Source: an uncultured Pelagibacteraceae bacterium
GTDB lineage: Bacteria > Pseudomonadota > Alphaproteobacteria > Pelagibacterales > Pelagibacteraceae
Reading direction: 5' to 3'
Assembly: GCA_902559935.1 (NCBI GenBank)
Contig: CACEJN010000001.1
Span: 599 to 64,598 of the forward strand
DNA length: 64,000 nucleotides
Shown: positions 1-15,466 of the stretch, in pieces
How the letters are laid out: each line of letters starts with the position of its first letter
Position numbering within the stretch: the stretch's first letter is position 1
Program-made: the position numbers and the translations under genes
Notes under the pieces: generated by a model
Told to the model about the DNA's origin: nothing
Seen by the model: only the letters and a program-made list of their open reading frames with translations
Databases searched by the model: none

Positions 1-315
1 CCTCTTCTTCTGCCTCTTTAAGTAAATCTTGTTGCTTTGATTTGTCCATATCAGCAAGATTAAAAATTGTACTTGTTAAAATAGATAGATTGTTATTTTT
101 AAACTCAACGATTCCATCTTCAACATAGTAATTTTCATCTCCTGATTTAGATAAAATCTTAATTATCCCAGGTTTCAAAAAGGAAATAATAGAAATATGA
201 TCCTTCAATATTCCCATCTCTCCTTCAAAAGCAGGGACCACAACTTCTGAAACATCATCTTTTACTAAAAAAGATTTTTCAGGATTTACTATTTCAACTT
301 TAAACTCTTCGCTCA

Positions 316-316
<1 letters not shown>
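1..316 (-). CDS. atpC: F1 ATP synthase epsilon subunit (3' end runs off the window)
   Basis: Not in the ORF track. Manual translation from ATG at 316, which overlaps the atpD stop (TAATG): MSEEFKVEIVNPEKSFLVKDDVSEVVVPAFEGEMGILKDHISIISFLKPGII..., a typical epsilon N-terminal domain in the expected position after atpD. Confidence 0.93.
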
Positions 317-2609
<2,293 letters not shown>

Positions 2610-2615
2610 AAATTA

Positions 2616-4151
2616 TTAAGATTTAAAATTTCCTTTTAATTGAGTGATTACCTCAACAAGTAATTTTTCTTTATCTTCCTCAAGTTTTCCTGAAGTTAAA
2701 ATTGACTCTATAATTTCAGGCTTATCTGATTTACATTTTTCAATAATCTTGCTCTCAAATTCAGCAACATCTTTTAGATCTATATCGTCCAGATAACCTT
2801 TAACTCCGCAAAATACTGAAATAACTTGTTCTGCAACAGTCATAGGTGAATATTGTTTTTGTTTTAAAAGTTCAGTTAGTTTAGAGCCTCTATTTAAAAG
2901 TTGCTGAGTAGATGCATCTAAATCAGATCCAAATTGAGCAAAAGCTGCCATTTCTCTATATTGTGCTAACTCTAGTTTCATTGAACCAGAAACTTTTTTC
3001 ATCGCTTTAGTTTGAGCTGATGAACCAACCCTAGATACTGATAAACCTACGTTAATTGCAGGTCTTATACCTTGGTTAAATAGTTCTGTTTCAAGGAAAA
3101 TTTGTCCGTCTGTAATTGAAATAACGTTAGTTGGAATGAACGCGGATACGTCTCCACCTTGTGTTTCAATAATTGGCAGTGCAGTAAGTGATCCACCACC
3201 ATGTTCGTCACTTAATTTAGCTGCTCTTTCAAGTAATCTACTATGAAGATAAAATACATCTCCAGGATAAGCTTCACGTCCCGGGGGTCTTCTTAATAGC
3301 AATGACATTTGTCTATAAGCAACTGCTTGTTTAGACAAATCATCATAAATTATTAACGCATGCATTCCATTATCTCTAAAATACTCACCCATCGTACAAC
3401 CTGTATACGGTGCTAAGAATTGTAAAGGAGCAGAGTCAGATGCAGTAGCAGCAACGATTGTTGTGTACTCCATAGCTCCAGCTTCTTCTAATGTTTTTTG
3501 AATTTGTCTTACTGTTGATCTTTTTTGTCCAACTGCAACGTATATACAATACAGTTTTTGTTTTTCATCACCAGATTCATTGATTTTTTTTTGATTAATA
3601 ATTGCATCTACTGCAACTGCTGTTTTACCAGTTTGTCTATCACCGATAATTAATTCCCTTTGCCCTCTTCCAATCGGAACTAGACTATCAATTGATTTAA
3701 GACCAGTTTGCATTGGTTCACTTACTGATTGTCGTGGAATAATACCAGGAGCTTTTACTTCAACCCTACTTTTTTTAATTCCTTTATCTAATGGTCCTTT
3801 TCCATCGATAGGATTTCCTAAACCATCCACTACTCTTCCTAATAATTCTTTTCCAACTGGAGTATCAACAATATTTCCAGTTCTTTTTACTACATCCCCT
3901 TCTTTAACATTTCTGTCATCACCAAAAATTACGACACCAACGTTTTCACTTTCTAAGTTTAGAGCCATACCTTTTGAGCCATCTGCAAACTCTACCATTT
4001 CACCAGCTTGAACATTATCCAAACCATAAATCCTAGCAATACCGTCTCCAACTGATAAAACTTGACCAACTTCTGTGACTTCTGCTTTATCACCAAAATT
4101 TTTAATTTGTTCTTTTAATATTTTTGTAACTTCTGAAGGATTTATTTCCAT
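2616..4151 (-). CDS. atpA: F1 ATP synthase alpha subunit
   Basis: [29 protein letters not shown]. Confidence 0.99.
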   Translation of the reverse strand: MEINPSEVTKILKEQIKNFGDKAEVTEVGQVLSVGDGIARIYGLDNVQAGEMVEFADGSKGMALNLESENVGVVIFGDDRNVKEGDVVKRTGNIVDTPVGKELLGRVVDGLGNPIDGKGPLDKGIKKSRVEVKAPGIIPRQSVSEPMQTGLKSIDSLVPIGRGQRELIIGDRQTGKTAVAVDAIINQKKINESGDEKQKLYCIYVAVGQKRSTVRQIQKTLEEAGAMEYTTIVAATASDSAPLQFLAPYTGCTMGEYFRDNGMHALIIYDDLSKQAVAYRQMSLLLRRPPGREAYPGDVFYLHSRLLERAAKLSDEHGGGSLTALPIIETQGGDVSAFIPTNVISITDGQIFLETELFNQGIRPAINVGLSVSRVGSSAQTKAMKKVSGSMKLELAQYREMAAFAQFGSDLDASTQQLLNRGSKLTELLKQKQYSPMTVAEQVISVFCGVKGYLDDIDLKDVAEFESKIIEKCKSDKPEIIESILTSGKLEEDKEKLLVEVITQLKGNFKS

Positions 4152-4709
4152 TTATGCCTCTATCATTCTATTTTCGATTTGTTGTAATTTATTTTTAATT
4201 GAGGTATCGACCATAGTACTTCCTACTTGTACTACTAAACCTCCTATTAAACTTTCGTCATGTTTGTAGTTTAATTTTATTTTTGAGCTAAAATTTTTTG
4301 TTAACTCCTCTGTAATTTTTGCAATTTCTTCATTAGATAATTCTTTTGCTGATTTTAATTCTGCCTTAAGTTCACCTCTTTTTCTTGAACAAATTTCAAT
4401 AAAGCTTTTAAGTATACGCTCAATAAAAAAGAAACGTCTTTTTTGAATTAAGAAACTTAAAAAATTTTTAAATAAAGACTCAAATTTATTATTTTCAGAG
4501 ATTGTATTGATTACTTTTAGTAAATCTTCTTGGCTTATAGTTGGATCTTTAATCAAATTAGAAAAATCTCCACTTTGATCAATTAAATTAAGAATAGATG
4601 AAGACTGATCTTCGATCTGACTTAAAAGATTGTTTTCCTCTGAAAGTTCAAAAAGCGCAAGAGAATACCTTTCAGCTGAAGTTATTGAAAATCCGGTGTC
4701 TTTACTCAA
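4152..4709 (-). CDS. atpH: F1 ATP synthase delta subunit
   Basis: AERYSLALF N-terminus, DESLIGGLVVQVGSTMVDTS C-terminus. TTG start preceded by GAGGA. Confidence 0.96.
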   Translation of the reverse strand: MSKDTGFSITSAERYSLALFELSEENNLLSQIEDQSSSILNLIDQSGDFSNLIKDPTISQEDLLKVINTISENNKFESLFKNFLSFLIQKRRFFFIERILKSFIEICSRKRGELKAELKSAKELSNEEIAKITEELTKNFSSKIKLNYKHDESLIGGLVVQVGSTMVDTSIKNKLQQIENRMIEA

Positions 4710-4753
4710 CTTGGTTCCTCTATAATGTTGAAGATTATTTAAAAATCACGCCC

Positions 4754-4782
4754 TAAATAGCATATGACCCTTATGTCTTCAA
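4754..4782 (-). promoter_or_regulatory. Putative sigma70 promoter of atpHAGDC
   Basis: Minus strand TTGAAG-N17-TATTTA (alphaproteobacterial-style -10) in the priA-atpH spacer. Confidence 0.45.
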
Positions 4783-4817
4783 GTAGCGGATTCGTAAAAA
4801 AGGCGTCTTTTTTGCGG

Positions 4818-6773
4818 TTAATTGAAGTTAATTGGATCAACATCAACTGAAAGTTTTATTCCAGAAGAAAATTTATATTTTGGAATAATTTTTGCAATAG
4901 AGCTTTGTAGTTTCATAGATTTTAAGCCTCTTATCAAAAATCTTATTCTAAATTTTCTTTTTAATCTAAATAATGGGGCATTCACTGGACCTAGTATTTT
5001 TCCTTCTATTTTGTTTTCAATAAAATTTTTAAAATTAATAGCTTCTTTTTCTAATTTAATTTCATTATCTCCCGTTAAGATTAAAGAAATAAACCTTTGA
5101 AATGGAGGTAGTTTATTTTTTTTTCTTATCTGCAGTTCTCTTTCTAAAAAAATATCAGGATTTTTACTTGTAATTTCTGAAATCATCTTAGTATTATTTT
5201 CATAGGTTTGAAAATATACGGTTGCTGGTTTTCCAGTTCTTCCTGCACGTCCTGAAAGTTGATGATAAAGCTGCAAATTTTTTTCTGCACCTCTTAAATC
5301 ATGTCCTTGAGATGAAAGATCAATATCAACAACTACAATGCAATTTAAGCTTGGAAAATGAAAACCTTTTGAAATTAATTGGGTTCCAACTAAAATATGC
5401 GTTTCATTATTAATAATTTTATCTATTTTTTCTTTAGAGTCTTTTTTATTCATTGTGTCACTTGAAAAAATCTCTATTGTTTTTCCAGGAAATTTTCTTT
5501 TTACCTCTTCTGAAATTCTCTCAACACCAGGACCACTAAAAATAAATTCACAATTACCTTCTTTTGTACAATTCCTTTTAAGATCAGATTTGTATCCACA
5601 ATAATGACATAATAAATTATTTTTATTTTTATGATAAACTAAATTGATACTACAATTTGGACATGTAAAACTTGTAAAACATTTATTGCATAAAGCATTT
5701 GGAGAAAAACCTCTTCTATTTAAAAAAAACAAAACTTGATCTTTTTTTTCCAAATGTAAATTTACTTTTTCAATAATTTTATTTGATAGCCATGATTGTT
5801 TTTCAAGTTTGGTATTATTTAAATTAATAATTTCATAATTAGGTAATGCTGCGTTTTGGTACCTTTCATTTAATCTAGAAACTTCGTATTTACCTTTTTT
5901 AATATTTTCAAAAGTTTCTATAGAAGGAACAGCAGTAATCAAATTGATTGGAATATTTTCAAATGATGCTCTAGAAATTGCCATATCACGAGCATTGTAA
6001 GTTATGCCTTCATCTTGTTTAAATGATTGATCATGTTCCTCATCAACAATTATCATTCCTAATTTTTTAAACGGTAAAAATAGTGAAGATCTTGCACCAA
6101 TAATTATTTTTATTTTACCATTAGAAACTCCACTCCAAATTAATTCTTTCTTTTTTTTTGAAATACCTGAATGCCAAACTGCAGGTTTAAAACCAAAATA
6201 TTCTAAAAATTTTTGTTCAAACTGACTAGTTAGACCTATTTCTGGCAATAAAATTAATCCTTGAAAACCTCTCTCTATCAGTGGTTTTAACGCTTCAAAA
6301 TAAACTAAAGTTTTTCCTGATCCAGTTGTGCCTTGTAAAACATGAACTCTAAATTTTTTATTTGAAACATTCATTTTTTTTAGAGATTTATTTTGATCAC
6401 TAGACAGCTTAATTAAGTTTTGCTTAATTTTACTATCAAATATTTGATAAAGTTGAGTTTCTTTGTTCTCTACCGCATCACTACTTAAGAGCACTAACTT
6501 TAATGCCATACCCTTTGGGATAAGATTATATTCTGCAAACCAATTTAAAAAATTAATTGTATTTTTTTTTAATGGAGTAACGTCTAATTTCTTGATTACC
6601 TTTTTAGTCTTAAAATTTTTATTGTTATTTTTTTCAAATTCGTCCCAAACAACACCAGTAATTTTTGATTTTCCAAAAGGTACCATTACATAATCTCCAA
6701 CTTTAAGAGTTAAATTACTTTCATAAGTAAATGGATGATTAAAAATATTTGGTACAAGAATCGGATAGTTCAT
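4818..6773 (-). CDS. priA: Primosomal protein N' (replication restart helicase)
   Basis: GTTGSGKT, DEEHD, Cys-rich Zn region, GRAGR. Compact at 651 aa. Confidence 0.97.
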   Translation of the reverse strand: MNYPILVPNIFNHPFTYESNLTLKVGDYVMVPFGKSKITGVVWDEFEKNNNKNFKTKKVIKKLDVTPLKKNTINFLNWFAEYNLIPKGMALKLVLLSSDAVENKETQLYQIFDSKIKQNLIKLSSDQNKSLKKMNVSNKKFRVHVLQGTTGSGKTLVYFEALKPLIERGFQGLILLPEIGLTSQFEQKFLEYFGFKPAVWHSGISKKKKELIWSGVSNGKIKIIIGARSSLFLPFKKLGMIIVDEEHDQSFKQDEGITYNARDMAISRASFENIPINLITAVPSIETFENIKKGKYEVSRLNERYQNAALPNYEIINLNNTKLEKQSWLSNKIIEKVNLHLEKKDQVLFFLNRRGFSPNALCNKCFTSFTCPNCSINLVYHKNKNNLLCHYCGYKSDLKRNCTKEGNCEFIFSGPGVERISEEVKRKFPGKTIEIFSSDTMNKKDSKEKIDKIINNETHILVGTQLISKGFHFPSLNCIVVVDIDLSSQGHDLRGAEKNLQLYHQLSGRAGRTGKPATVYFQTYENNTKMISEITSKNPDIFLERELQIRKKNKLPPFQRFISLILTGDNEIKLEKEAINFKNFIENKIEGKILGPVNAPLFRLKRKFRIRFLIRGLKSMKLQSSIAKIIPKYKFSSGIKLSVDVDPINFN

Positions 6774-6795
6774 ATTTTTATAATATGAAAAAAAA

Positions 6796-8196
6796 TTAAG
6801 AGTGTATTGCTCTTTTATCTACTGATAAAGCGGCTTCTTTAACTGCTTCAGAAAACGTTGGATGAGCATGACAAGTTCGGGCGATATCTTCTGCACTTGC
6901 ACCAAATTCCATTGCAACACCGATCTCTGCAATTAATTCTCCTGCATGAGGACCAATTATATGTGCACCTAATACTTTATCTGTTTGCTCATCAGCTAAA
7001 ATTTTAACAAAACCTTCTGCATCATCTATGGCCTTAGCTCTTGAATTAGCCATAAACGAAAATTTCCCTACTTTATATTTTTTATTTAATTCTTTTAATT
7101 GTTCCTCAGTTTTACCGATTGATGCTACTTCTGGTGTTGTATAAATTACTCCTGGGATTGTATCGTAATTTACATGTCCAGATTGACCAACTATGTTTTC
7201 TGCAACTGCTATACCTTCGTCCTCCGCTTTATGTGCAAGCATTGGACCAACAATTACATCGCCTATTGCATAAATATTTTCAACGTTAGTCTTAAAAATT
7301 TTATCAGTTTTAATTCTATTTCTTTCATCAAGATCTACTCCTACAGACTCTAAATTCAAACCATCTGTATTAGGTTTTCTACCAACAGAAATCAAAACAA
7401 CATCACACTCAAAAATATTTTTATTACCATCTTTATCTACAGTTGAAACAACTACACCTGCTGTATTTTTTTTAATTTTTTCAACTTTATTTTGCATATT
7501 AAATTTCATTCCCTGTTTTTTTAAAATTTTCATAAATTCTGAAGAGATTTCTTTATCCATTCCAGGTGTAATATGATCTAAAAATTCAACAACTTGCACC
7601 TCTGCTCCAAGTCTTGACCATACAGATCCCATCTCCAATCCTATATAACCTCCTCCTACTACGACCATTTTCTTAGGTACCTTTTCTAACTTTAAAGCAC
7701 CTGTTGATGAGACAATTGTTTTCTCATCTATCTCTATTCCTGGTAATGAAACTGGAACTGATCCTGTTGCAATAACTGTTTTTTCTGTTTGGATGATGGT
7801 TTCTTTATTTTTATCATCCTTTATTAAAATTTCATTTTTAGATTTAAAACTTCCGTGTCCTTTAAAATAAGTAACTTTGTTTTTTTTCAAAAGAAACTCA
7901 ACACCTTTTGTAAGAACGGTTACAGCTTTATCTTTGCTTTTCATCATTTTGTCTAAATTTAATTTTACTTCACCAACTTCAATACCTTTGTTTGCTAAAC
8001 TTTTTACTTTATGAAATTCTTCAGACAGATTAAGTAAGCTTTTTGATGGGATGCAACCTACATTTAAACAAGTACCTCCCAAAGACCCTCTAGACTCTAT
8101 ACATGCAGTTTTTAATCCTAATTGAGCAAGTCTGATTGCACACACATAACCACCCGGTCCACCTCCAATAACTACAGCTTGATATTTTTCTGACAT
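6796..8196 (-). CDS. lpdA: Dihydrolipoamide dehydrogenase (E3)
   Basis: GGGPGG FAD motif, [22 protein letters not shown]. Confidence 0.98.
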   Translation of the reverse strand: MSEKYQAVVIGGGPGGYVCAIRLAQLGLKTACIESRGSLGGTCLNVGCIPSKSLLNLSEEFHKVKSLANKGIEVGEVKLNLDKMMKSKDKAVTVLTKGVEFLLKKNKVTYFKGHGSFKSKNEILIKDDKNKETIIQTEKTVIATGSVPVSLPGIEIDEKTIVSSTGALKLEKVPKKMVVVGGGYIGLEMGSVWSRLGAEVQVVEFLDHITPGMDKEISSEFMKILKKQGMKFNMQNKVEKIKKNTAGVVVSTVDKDGNKNIFECDVVLISVGRKPNTDGLNLESVGVDLDERNRIKTDKIFKTNVENIYAIGDVIVGPMLAHKAEDEGIAVAENIVGQSGHVNYDTIPGVIYTTPEVASIGKTEEQLKELNKKYKVGKFSFMANSRAKAIDDAEGFVKILADEQTDKVLGAHIIGPHAGELIAEIGVAMEFGASAEDIARTCHAHPTFSEAVKEAALSVDKRAIHS

Positions 8197-9495
8197 TTAA
8201 ATATCTAAAAACAACCTTCTAGGGTCTTCTAAGTTTTCTTTAATCATTTTAAGGAAAGATACAGATTCTTTTCCATCAATAATTCTGTGATCATATGATA
8301 ATGCTAAATACATAATTGGTCTTATTTTGATTTCACCGTCTACAACAACAGGTCTTTCCACTATATTATGCATGCCCAACACTCCAGATTGAGGCAAATT
8401 TAGTATTGGGGTTGAAAGCATAGACCCATACACACCTCCATTACTTATTGTAAATGTTCCTCCCTGAAGATCTTCAATCGTTAGCTTTCCATCTCGCGCT
8501 TTTTCTGAAATTTCTTTAATATTTTTTTCAATATCAGCAAAGGATAATTCATCTGCATTTCTCAAAACTGGAACAACCAAACCCTTATCTGTTCCGACAG
8601 CAAAGCTAATATTGTAATAGTTTTTATAGATAATCTCATCTCCGTCTATTTCAGCATTTACCGCAGGGAAATTTTTTAAAGCAACTACACATGCTTTTAC
8701 AAAGAAAGACATAAATCCTAATTTTATCCCATAACGAGATTGGAAATCCTCTTGATTTTCTTTCCTCATTTCCATCACACTGCTCATATCAACCTCGTTA
8801 AATGTTGTTAAAAGAGCGGCATTCTCTTGAGCTTGCTTCAATCTTTTTGCAATAGTTTGTCTCAACCTAGTCATCTTAATTCGTTCTTCTTCACCATATT
8901 GAATTTTTCTTTCAGATGGTTTTGGATTTGCACCCATCAAACTTATTAAATCTCCTTTTAAAACTCTCCCATCTTTTCCTGAACCTTGAATTGAATTAAT
9001 ATCGATATTATTTTCAGTTACTATTTTTCTCACTGCTGGAGACAAGGTTGGATTAACATTTCTTTTTGGAGCAACATTTGGTTTAACTTCCTCAGTTAAA
9101 ACCAATGGTTTCTCTTTGGGTTTTTCTATATCTCTTTCTTCAAATACTTTTGGTTCTTTTTTATTTGCATCTAATTTTATTACATTACTCTCTGCAGGAA
9201 CTATTTCCTCCTGCTTGATTTCTTTTTGGATTTTTGGCGCAGATTTAACCGCTCCACCTTCTGCTGATACAGAACCTAATAATGCTCCTACTTTAACAAC
9301 TGATCCATCTTGTGAATTTATCTCTGTTAACACACCAGAGATTGGAGATGGCACTTCTAAGTTTACTTTGTCTGTCTCAAGTTCTACAATTGGCTCATCT
9401 GCTTCGACTGTATCACCTGCGTTTTTTAACCATTTTGCAACAGTCGCTTCTGTTATACTTTCACCAAGAACTGGGACTACTATTTTTTCACTCAT
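8197..9495 (-). CDS. sucB: 2-oxoglutarate dehydrogenase E2 succinyltransferase
   Basis: Lipoyl ETDKV, E3-binding domain, DHRIIDG. Confidence 0.98.
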   Translation of the reverse strand: MSEKIVVPVLGESITEATVAKWLKNAGDTVEADEPIVELETDKVNLEVPSPISGVLTEINSQDGSVVKVGALLGSVSAEGGAVKSAPKIQKEIKQEEIVPAESNVIKLDANKKEPKVFEERDIEKPKEKPLVLTEEVKPNVAPKRNVNPTLSPAVRKIVTENNIDINSIQGSGKDGRVLKGDLISLMGANPKPSERKIQYGEEERIKMTRLRQTIAKRLKQAQENAALLTTFNEVDMSSVMEMRKENQEDFQSRYGIKLGFMSFFVKACVVALKNFPAVNAEIDGDEIIYKNYYNISFAVGTDKGLVVPVLRNADELSFADIEKNIKEISEKARDGKLTIEDLQGGTFTISNGGVYGSMLSTPILNLPQSGVLGMHNIVERPVVVDGEIKIRPIMYLALSYDHRIIDGKESVSFLKMIKENLEDPRRLFLDI

Positions 9496-9500
9496 TAAAA

Positions 9501-12419
9501 TTAATCAAATACCTTGTTAATTATTTCTTGTTGTTGAGAATTATGCCTTTTGGCATATCCTGTTGCAGGAGTTGCGTCTGGGCTTCTTCCTATATAAGAA
9601 ATTTTATTATTATTAGCCTTTAAAGTGTCTAATGTCCATTGGATATAATCTCTAACTGAAAACCAAGCACCCATATTTTTTGGTTCTTCTTGACACCAAA
9701 AGAATTCAGCATTTTTAGAGTATGGTTTTAACTCCTTAACCAAAGCTTTTGCTGGAAATGGATACAATTGTTCAATTCTATACATCACTACATCATCTCT
9801 TTTAAGCTTTTCTCTGGCGTCTAACAAATCAAAATATACTTTTCCAGAACAAAGAATTACTTTTCTTATTTTAGAACTTTCTTTTAGTTTAATAAATCCT
9901 TTAGACTTAGGATCTATAGCATGATCCCACAACACTCTATGGAAAGTATTTTTTTTATTAAAATCTTCCAAATTTGAAACACAATACTTATTTCTTAATA
10001 ATGATTTTGGTGTCATTATGATTAGTGGCTTTCTGAAACTCCTATGCATTTGTCTTCTTAAAGCATGAAAATAATTTGCTGGGGTTGTGCAGTTCATTAC
10101 TTGCATATTATCGTTTGAGCATAGTTGTAAAAATCTTTCTAATCTTGCTGAAGAATGTTCTGGTCCTTGTCCTTCATATCCGTGAGGTAACAACATTACT
10201 ATACCAGATGCTCTATTCCATTTTCTCTCACCAGATGCAATAAATTGATCAATTACTACTTGAGCTCCATTAGCAAAGTCACCGAATTGTGCTTCCCAAA
10301 GAGTAAGTGTGTTTGGCTCTACTAGACTATAACCATATTCAAAACCTAAAACCGCAAGTTCAGATAAAAAACTATCTACTATTTCAAATTGCTTTTGATT
10401 TTTAGAAATATTATTCAGTGGAATGTACCTAGAATTGTCTATTTGATTTCTTAAAACAGAATGTCGTTGACTGAATGTTCCTCTTCCAGAGTCTTGTCCT
10501 ACAAGCCTAACTGGATATCCCTCTTCTAGCAAAGATCCAAAAGCTAAAGATTCAGCTGAAGACCAATCAATTCCAGTACCTTTTTCGATACTTTCTTTTC
10601 TGGCATTAAATATTTTAGAGATAGTCTTGTGAATATTTTTTTCCTCAGGAATAGCATTTATTTTACCTGAGATTATTTTTAATTTATTTTCATCGAAACC
10701 TGTTATACCCCTCTTATCTTTACCTCTTTCAGGTTTATATCTTGACCATGTTCCCTCAAACCATTCTATTTTAGGTTTATAATCTTTTGCACTTTTGTAT
10801 TGTTCATCAAGTAAATCTTTAAATGATTTAACATTTTGATTTAATAATTCTTCAGTTATAGATTTTTCGTTTACTAATTTATTTCCATAAATTTTGTAAA
10901 CACTGGGATGAGATCTAATTTTTTTATACATTAAAGGTTGTGTAAATGAAGGCTCGTCTCCCTCATTATGTCCAAATCTTCTATAACAAATTAAATCTAC
11001 TACAACGTCTCTATTAAATTTTAATCGAAATTCTGTTGCTATTCTAGTTGCATAAACAACTGCTTCAGGATCATCACCATTAACATGAAGAATTGGAGCC
11101 TCTACCATTTTCGCAACGTCAGATGGATAAGGTGAAGACCTAGCAAATCTTGGACTAGTAGTAAATCCTATCTGGTTATTAACAATAATATGAATTGTTC
11201 CTCCAGTGTTATGTCCTGGTAGTCCAGACATTGCAAAACATTCTGCTACAACTCCTTGACCAGCAAAGGCTGCATCCCCATGAATCAGAATAGGTATAAC
11301 TTTATTTCTTTCACGGTCTTTATGAAAAAATTGTTTGGCTCTTGTTTGACCTAAAACAACTGGGTTAACAGCTTCTAAATGAGAAGGATTATCTGTTAAA
11401 CTGACATGTACTGAATTTCCATCAAATTCTCTATCAGACGACGCTCCAAGATGATATTTTACATCTCCAGCACTATCTTCAGAATCAGTACTAAACTCAC
11501 CAGCAAACTCATTAAAAATTTTTTTGTAAGATTTTTGTAAAACGTTTGCCAAAACATTAAGCCTACCTCTATGAGACATACCTATTTTAACTTCTTTTAT
11601 ATTATTTTGACCACCAATTTTTATTATTTGTTCAAGAGCTGGTATTAAACTTTCACCACCATCTAAACCAAATCTTTTTGTTCCCACATACTTTGTAGCT
11701 AAAAATTTTTCAAATCCTTCTGCCTGTACCAATTTATTTAAAATTGCCTCTTTACCATTTTTTGTAAATTGAAGTGCATTTTTATCTTGCTCTATCCTAT
11801 CCCTAAACCACTTTCTTTCATCTGGGTTTGAAATATGCATGAACTCATAACCTATTTTTCCACAGTAGGTTTTTTTCATAAACTTAAGTATTTCTCTTAT
11901 ATTTGCATATTTACGATTGATTACTCCGTTTAGAAAAATTTTCTTATCGTAATTTTCTTTTTTAAAACCGTAAAAATCTGGATGAAGCTCATCTAGATAT
12001 TCTGACTCTCTCATTTCTAAAGGATCAAGATCCGCTAATAAATGTCCTCTTAGTCTATATGCTCTAATTAATGCTACAGCACTAATAGAATCTTTATTTG
12101 AGTCAGCAAGTAATTGAAAATTAAATTTTTCTGAAGTGTCTAATTTGACATTATTAAAATCATCTTTATCTTGTTCTTCTATTTTTTTTTGTAATTCATC
12201 AATATCAATCTTTTTTTTAGTAGGTCCCCATGATGGACCATTAATTTCTTTTGCTATAACATTTAATTCTTCACCAATTCCCTCAAAATAATTTGCCCAA
12301 CTTTCTGGAAGATCAGCATCTTTGTTTACAAACTTTAAATACATTTCTTCTATAAATGCACTATTAGATTTGTTTAAAAATGAAGTTTTTTCGAAATCAA
12401 GATTTTTTGATGAAGACAT
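9501..12419 (-). CDS. sucA: 2-oxoglutarate dehydrogenase E1
   Basis: [28 protein letters not shown]. Confidence 0.98.
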   Translation of the reverse strand: MSSSKNLDFEKTSFLNKSNSAFIEEMYLKFVNKDADLPESWANYFEGIGEELNVIAKEINGPSWGPTKKKIDIDELQKKIEEQDKDDFNNVKLDTSEKFNFQLLADSNKDSISAVALIRAYRLRGHLLADLDPLEMRESEYLDELHPDFYGFKKENYDKKIFLNGVINRKYANIREILKFMKKTYCGKIGYEFMHISNPDERKWFRDRIEQDKNALQFTKNGKEAILNKLVQAEGFEKFLATKYVGTKRFGLDGGESLIPALEQIIKIGGQNNIKEVKIGMSHRGRLNVLANVLQKSYKKIFNEFAGEFSTDSEDSAGDVKYHLGASSDREFDGNSVHVSLTDNPSHLEAVNPVVLGQTRAKQFFHKDRERNKVIPILIHGDAAFAGQGVVAECFAMSGLPGHNTGGTIHIIVNNQIGFTTSPRFARSSPYPSDVAKMVEAPILHVNGDDPEAVVYATRIATEFRLKFNRDVVVDLICYRRFGHNEGDEPSFTQPLMYKKIRSHPSVYKIYGNKLVNEKSITEELLNQNVKSFKDLLDEQYKSAKDYKPKIEWFEGTWSRYKPERGKDKRGITGFDENKLKIISGKINAIPEEKNIHKTISKIFNARKESIEKGTGIDWSSAESLAFGSLLEEGYPVRLVGQDSGRGTFSQRHSVLRNQIDNSRYIPLNNISKNQKQFEIVDSFLSELAVLGFEYGYSLVEPNTLTLWEAQFGDFANGAQVVIDQFIASGERKWNRASGIVMLLPHGYEGQGPEHSSARLERFLQLCSNDNMQVMNCTTPANYFHALRRQMHRSFRKPLIIMTPKSLLRNKYCVSNLEDFNKKNTFHRVLWDHAIDPKSKGFIKLKESSKIRKVILCSGKVYFDLLDAREKLKRDDVVMYRIEQLYPFPAKALVKELKPYSKNAEFFWCQEEPKNMGAWFSVRDYIQWTLDTLKANNNKISYIGRSPDATPATGYAKRHNSQQQEIINKVFD

Positions 12420-12454
12420 CTTTTTTATTTAATATATCCCTCTAATATTTTTTT

Positions 12455-13330
12455 TCAATTAGACAGTTTATCAAATAAAGTTTTTCCAATAATTGATGGT
12501 GATTTGGCAACTGTAATACCACATTCTTCCATTTTTTTTATTTTATCTTCAGCTCCACCCTTGCCACCTGATATAATGGCACCAGCATGCCCCATTCTCC
12601 TTCCTGGAGGAGCAGTAATTCCAGCGATAAATCCAACCATTGGTTTTTTAATCTTATGATTTTTTATAAAGTCAGCCGCTTCTTCTTCGGCTGTTCCTCC
12701 AATTTCACCTATCATTAAAATAGATTCTGTTTCATCATCATTTAAAAATAAATCTAAACAATCTATAAAATTTGTTCCATTAATAGGATCACCACCAATA
12801 CCAATACAAGTTGATTGACCAAGTCCATTTTCAGTAGTTTGTGCTACTGCTTCATATGTCAATGTTCCTGACCTTGATACAATTCCAACACTTCCTCTTT
12901 TGTGAATACTTCCCGGCATAATCCCAATTTTACATTCATCTGGTGTGATTATTCCTGGACAATTAGGTCCAATTAATCTGCTACTAGATCCACTTAATTT
13001 TTGTCTGACCTTAAGCATATCCTGAATTGGAATTCCCTCTGTTATACAAACAATAAGTTCAACTGATGCATCAATAGCTTCAATGATTGCTGCTGCTGCA
13101 AATTTAGCAGGTACATAAATCATAGTTGCATCTGCTCCTACTTCATTTTTTGCCTCTAAAACGCTATTAAAAACTGGTCTGTCTAAATGTTTTTGTCCAC
13201 CTTTTTTTGGCGTAACTCCACCAACAAGATTAGTTCCATATTTTATAGCCTGCTCTGAATGAAATGTTCCGTGTGAGCCAGTAAATCCCTGACAAATTAC
13301 CTTAGTATTTTTATTTACCAAAACCGACAT
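12455..13330 (-). CDS. sucD: Succinyl-CoA synthetase alpha subunit
   Basis: [15 protein letters not shown] phospho-His motif. Confidence 0.98.
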   Translation of the reverse strand: MSVLVNKNTKVICQGFTGSHGTFHSEQAIKYGTNLVGGVTPKKGGQKHLDRPVFNSVLEAKNEVGADATMIYVPAKFAAAAIIEAIDASVELIVCITEGIPIQDMLKVRQKLSGSSSRLIGPNCPGIITPDECKIGIMPGSIHKRGSVGIVSRSGTLTYEAVAQTTENGLGQSTCIGIGGDPINGTNFIDCLDLFLNDDETESILMIGEIGGTAEEEAADFIKNHKIKKPMVGFIAGITAPPGRRMGHAGAIISGGKGGAEDKIKKMEECGITVAKSPSIIGKTLFDKLSN

Positions 13331-13331
13331 T

Positions 13332-14492
13332 TTATTTTATCGCCTCAACAATTTTCTTAGCAGCATCATCTAAATTTTCTGCAGAAATTAATTTTAATCC
13401 AGAATTATCAAGAATTTCTTTTCCTTCCTTGAAATTTGTACCTGCTAATCTTACAACTAAAGGCACACTAATATTAATTTCTTTAGCTGCATCAACTACT
13501 CCTTGAGCAAGAACATCGCATCGCATAATTCCTCCAAAAATATTTATTAAAATACCTTTAACATTTTTATCTGAAAGAATTATCTTCAATGCAGCAGATA
13601 CTTTTTCTTTGGATGCACCACCGCCTACATCTAAAAAATTTGCTGGCTCTTTACCATACAATTTAATTATATCCATTGTTGCCATCGCTAATCCTGCTCC
13701 ATTTACCATACAGCCAATACTTCCATCTAGCTTGATATATGCAAGATCATGCTTGCTAGCTTCTATCTCGGTAGGATCTTCCTCATTTAAATCTCTTAAT
13801 TCAACAATTTCTGGATGCCTGAATAAAGCGTTAGAGTCGAAATTAACTTTTGCATCTAAACAAACAATTTTTTTCTCTTTTGTCAAAATTAATGGATTTA
13901 CTTCAACCATGTTTGCATCAGTATTCACAAACATTTTATATATTGATTTAATTAATGTTATTGCTTGTTTTTTTGCGTCTTCATTTAAATTAAAAATATT
14001 AATTATTTTTTCACAATCTGACTCAGAAATTTCATCACTCATATCAACTTTTGTAGTTATAATTTTTTCAGGTGAACTGCTTGCAACTTCTTCAATGTCC
14101 ATCCCTCCTTGGTCACTTGATATAAATGCAATTTTAGAACTTGCCCTATCAACCAGGCACGATAAGTAAAATTCTTTATCTATATTTGATGATTCTTCTA
14201 CGTATAATCTTTTTACCTCTCTACCTTCAGGACCAGTTTGATGAGTAACTAGTGTTTTTCCTAGTAATTCTTTGGCTGCTACCGTTAGTTCCTCAATAGA
14301 GTTTAAAATTTTTACACCACCAGCTTTTCCTCTGCCTCCAGCATGGATTTGTGCTTTAAGCACATATTTCTCAGTTTTGAGTGCTTTTGCTTTTTGAATA
14401 AGTTCATCAACATTAAGCGCAAATACTCCTTCGGGAACTACAGCTCCATATTTTTTTAATATTTGTTTAGCTTGATGCTCGTGAATATTCAT
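13332..14492 (-). CDS. sucC: Succinyl-CoA synthetase beta subunit
   Basis: [28 protein letters not shown]. Confidence 0.98.
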   Translation of the reverse strand: MNIHEHQAKQILKKYGAVVPEGVFALNVDELIQKAKALKTEKYVLKAQIHAGGRGKAGGVKILNSIEELTVAAKELLGKTLVTHQTGPEGREVKRLYVEESSNIDKEFYLSCLVDRASSKIAFISSDQGGMDIEEVASSSPEKIITTKVDMSDEISESDCEKIINIFNLNEDAKKQAITLIKSIYKMFVNTDANMVEVNPLILTKEKKIVCLDAKVNFDSNALFRHPEIVELRDLNEEDPTEIEASKHDLAYIKLDGSIGCMVNGAGLAMATMDIIKLYGKEPANFLDVGGGASKEKVSAALKIILSDKNVKGILINIFGGIMRCDVLAQGVVDAAKEINISVPLVVRLAGTNFKEGKEILDNSGLKLISAENLDDAAKKIVEAIK

Positions 14493-14494
14493 TA

Positions 14495-15457
14495 TTATTT
14501 AGATAAATCAGGATCTATTTTAGATGCAGCTTCCCATAAAGCTTTCACAGCATCTATTGAATGCATAAATTCTTTTTTTTCTTTTTCATCTAAATCAATC
14601 TCTTCAATTTTTTCCACACCATCTTTTCCAATGACAACGGGAACACCTGCATAAACATTTTTCACACCATATTCTCCATTTAATTGTACAGCGCAGGGTA
14701 ATAATTTTTTCTGGTCATTCAAATATGCTTCTGCCATTTGAACACCTGAAGCTGCTGGTGCATAAAAGGCTGATCCTTTTTCTAAATATTTAACTATTTC
14801 CGCACCACCGTCTCGCGTTCTTTGATTAATTTCCTCAACTCTTTCTAAAGAAATCTCTCCATCCTTTACAAGATCCAACAATGGTTTGCCTGAAATTTTT
14901 GTAAATCTTGGCATAGGAACCATAGTGTCACCATGACCACCCATAACCATTGCCTCAATTTCTCTTACTGGCACATTTAGTTCTAATGATAAAAATAATT
15001 TAAATCTCGAACTATCTAAAATACCTGCCATACCAATAACTTTATTTGATGGCAAACCTGAAAATTTTTGAAATGCCATAACCATAACATCTAAAGGATT
15101 GGTGATACAGATCACAAAAGCGTTAGGAGCATTTTTCTTTACCCCCTCAGCAACTTGTTTAATAATTTTTAAATTAATTCCAAGAAGATCGTCTCGACTC
15201 ATTCCAGGTTTTCTTGGAACACCTGCTGTAATTATTATTACATCTGAATCTTTTATGTCCTCATAATTATCAGTTCCTGAAAACCTAACATTGAAACCAT
15301 CTACAGATGAAGATTGTGCAATATCTAATGCTTTTCCTTTTGCAATACCACTAGCTACATCAAATAAAACCACTTCTTTCACTAATTCTTTTATTCCTAT
15401 TAAATGTGCAAGAGTTCCACCTATTTGGCCTGCACCAATTAAAGATATTTTTGTCAT
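14495..15457 (-). CDS. mdh: Malate dehydrogenase (LDH-like)
   Basis: [22 protein letters not shown]. Confidence 0.97.
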   Translation of the reverse strand: MTKISLIGAGQIGGTLAHLIGIKELVKEVVLFDVASGIAKGKALDIAQSSSVDGFNVRFSGTDNYEDIKDSDVIIITAGVPRKPGMSRDDLLGINLKIIKQVAEGVKKNAPNAFVICITNPLDVMVMAFQKFSGLPSNKVIGMAGILDSSRFKLFLSLELNVPVREIEAMVMGGHGDTMVPMPRFTKISGKPLLDLVKDGEISLERVEEINQRTRDGGAEIVKYLEKGSAFYAPAASGVQMAEAYLNDQKKLLPCAVQLNGEYGVKNVYAGVPVVIGKDGVEKIEEIDLDEKEKKEFMHSIDAVKALWEAASKIDPDLSK

Positions 15458-15466
15458 TTATTTCCT

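Noticed and set aside
4818-6773. PriA shorter than usual with its last Zn knuckle as C-x5-C, a possible pseudogene
   Set aside because: All helicase motifs and eight Cys are present in one open frame; consistent with streamlining.
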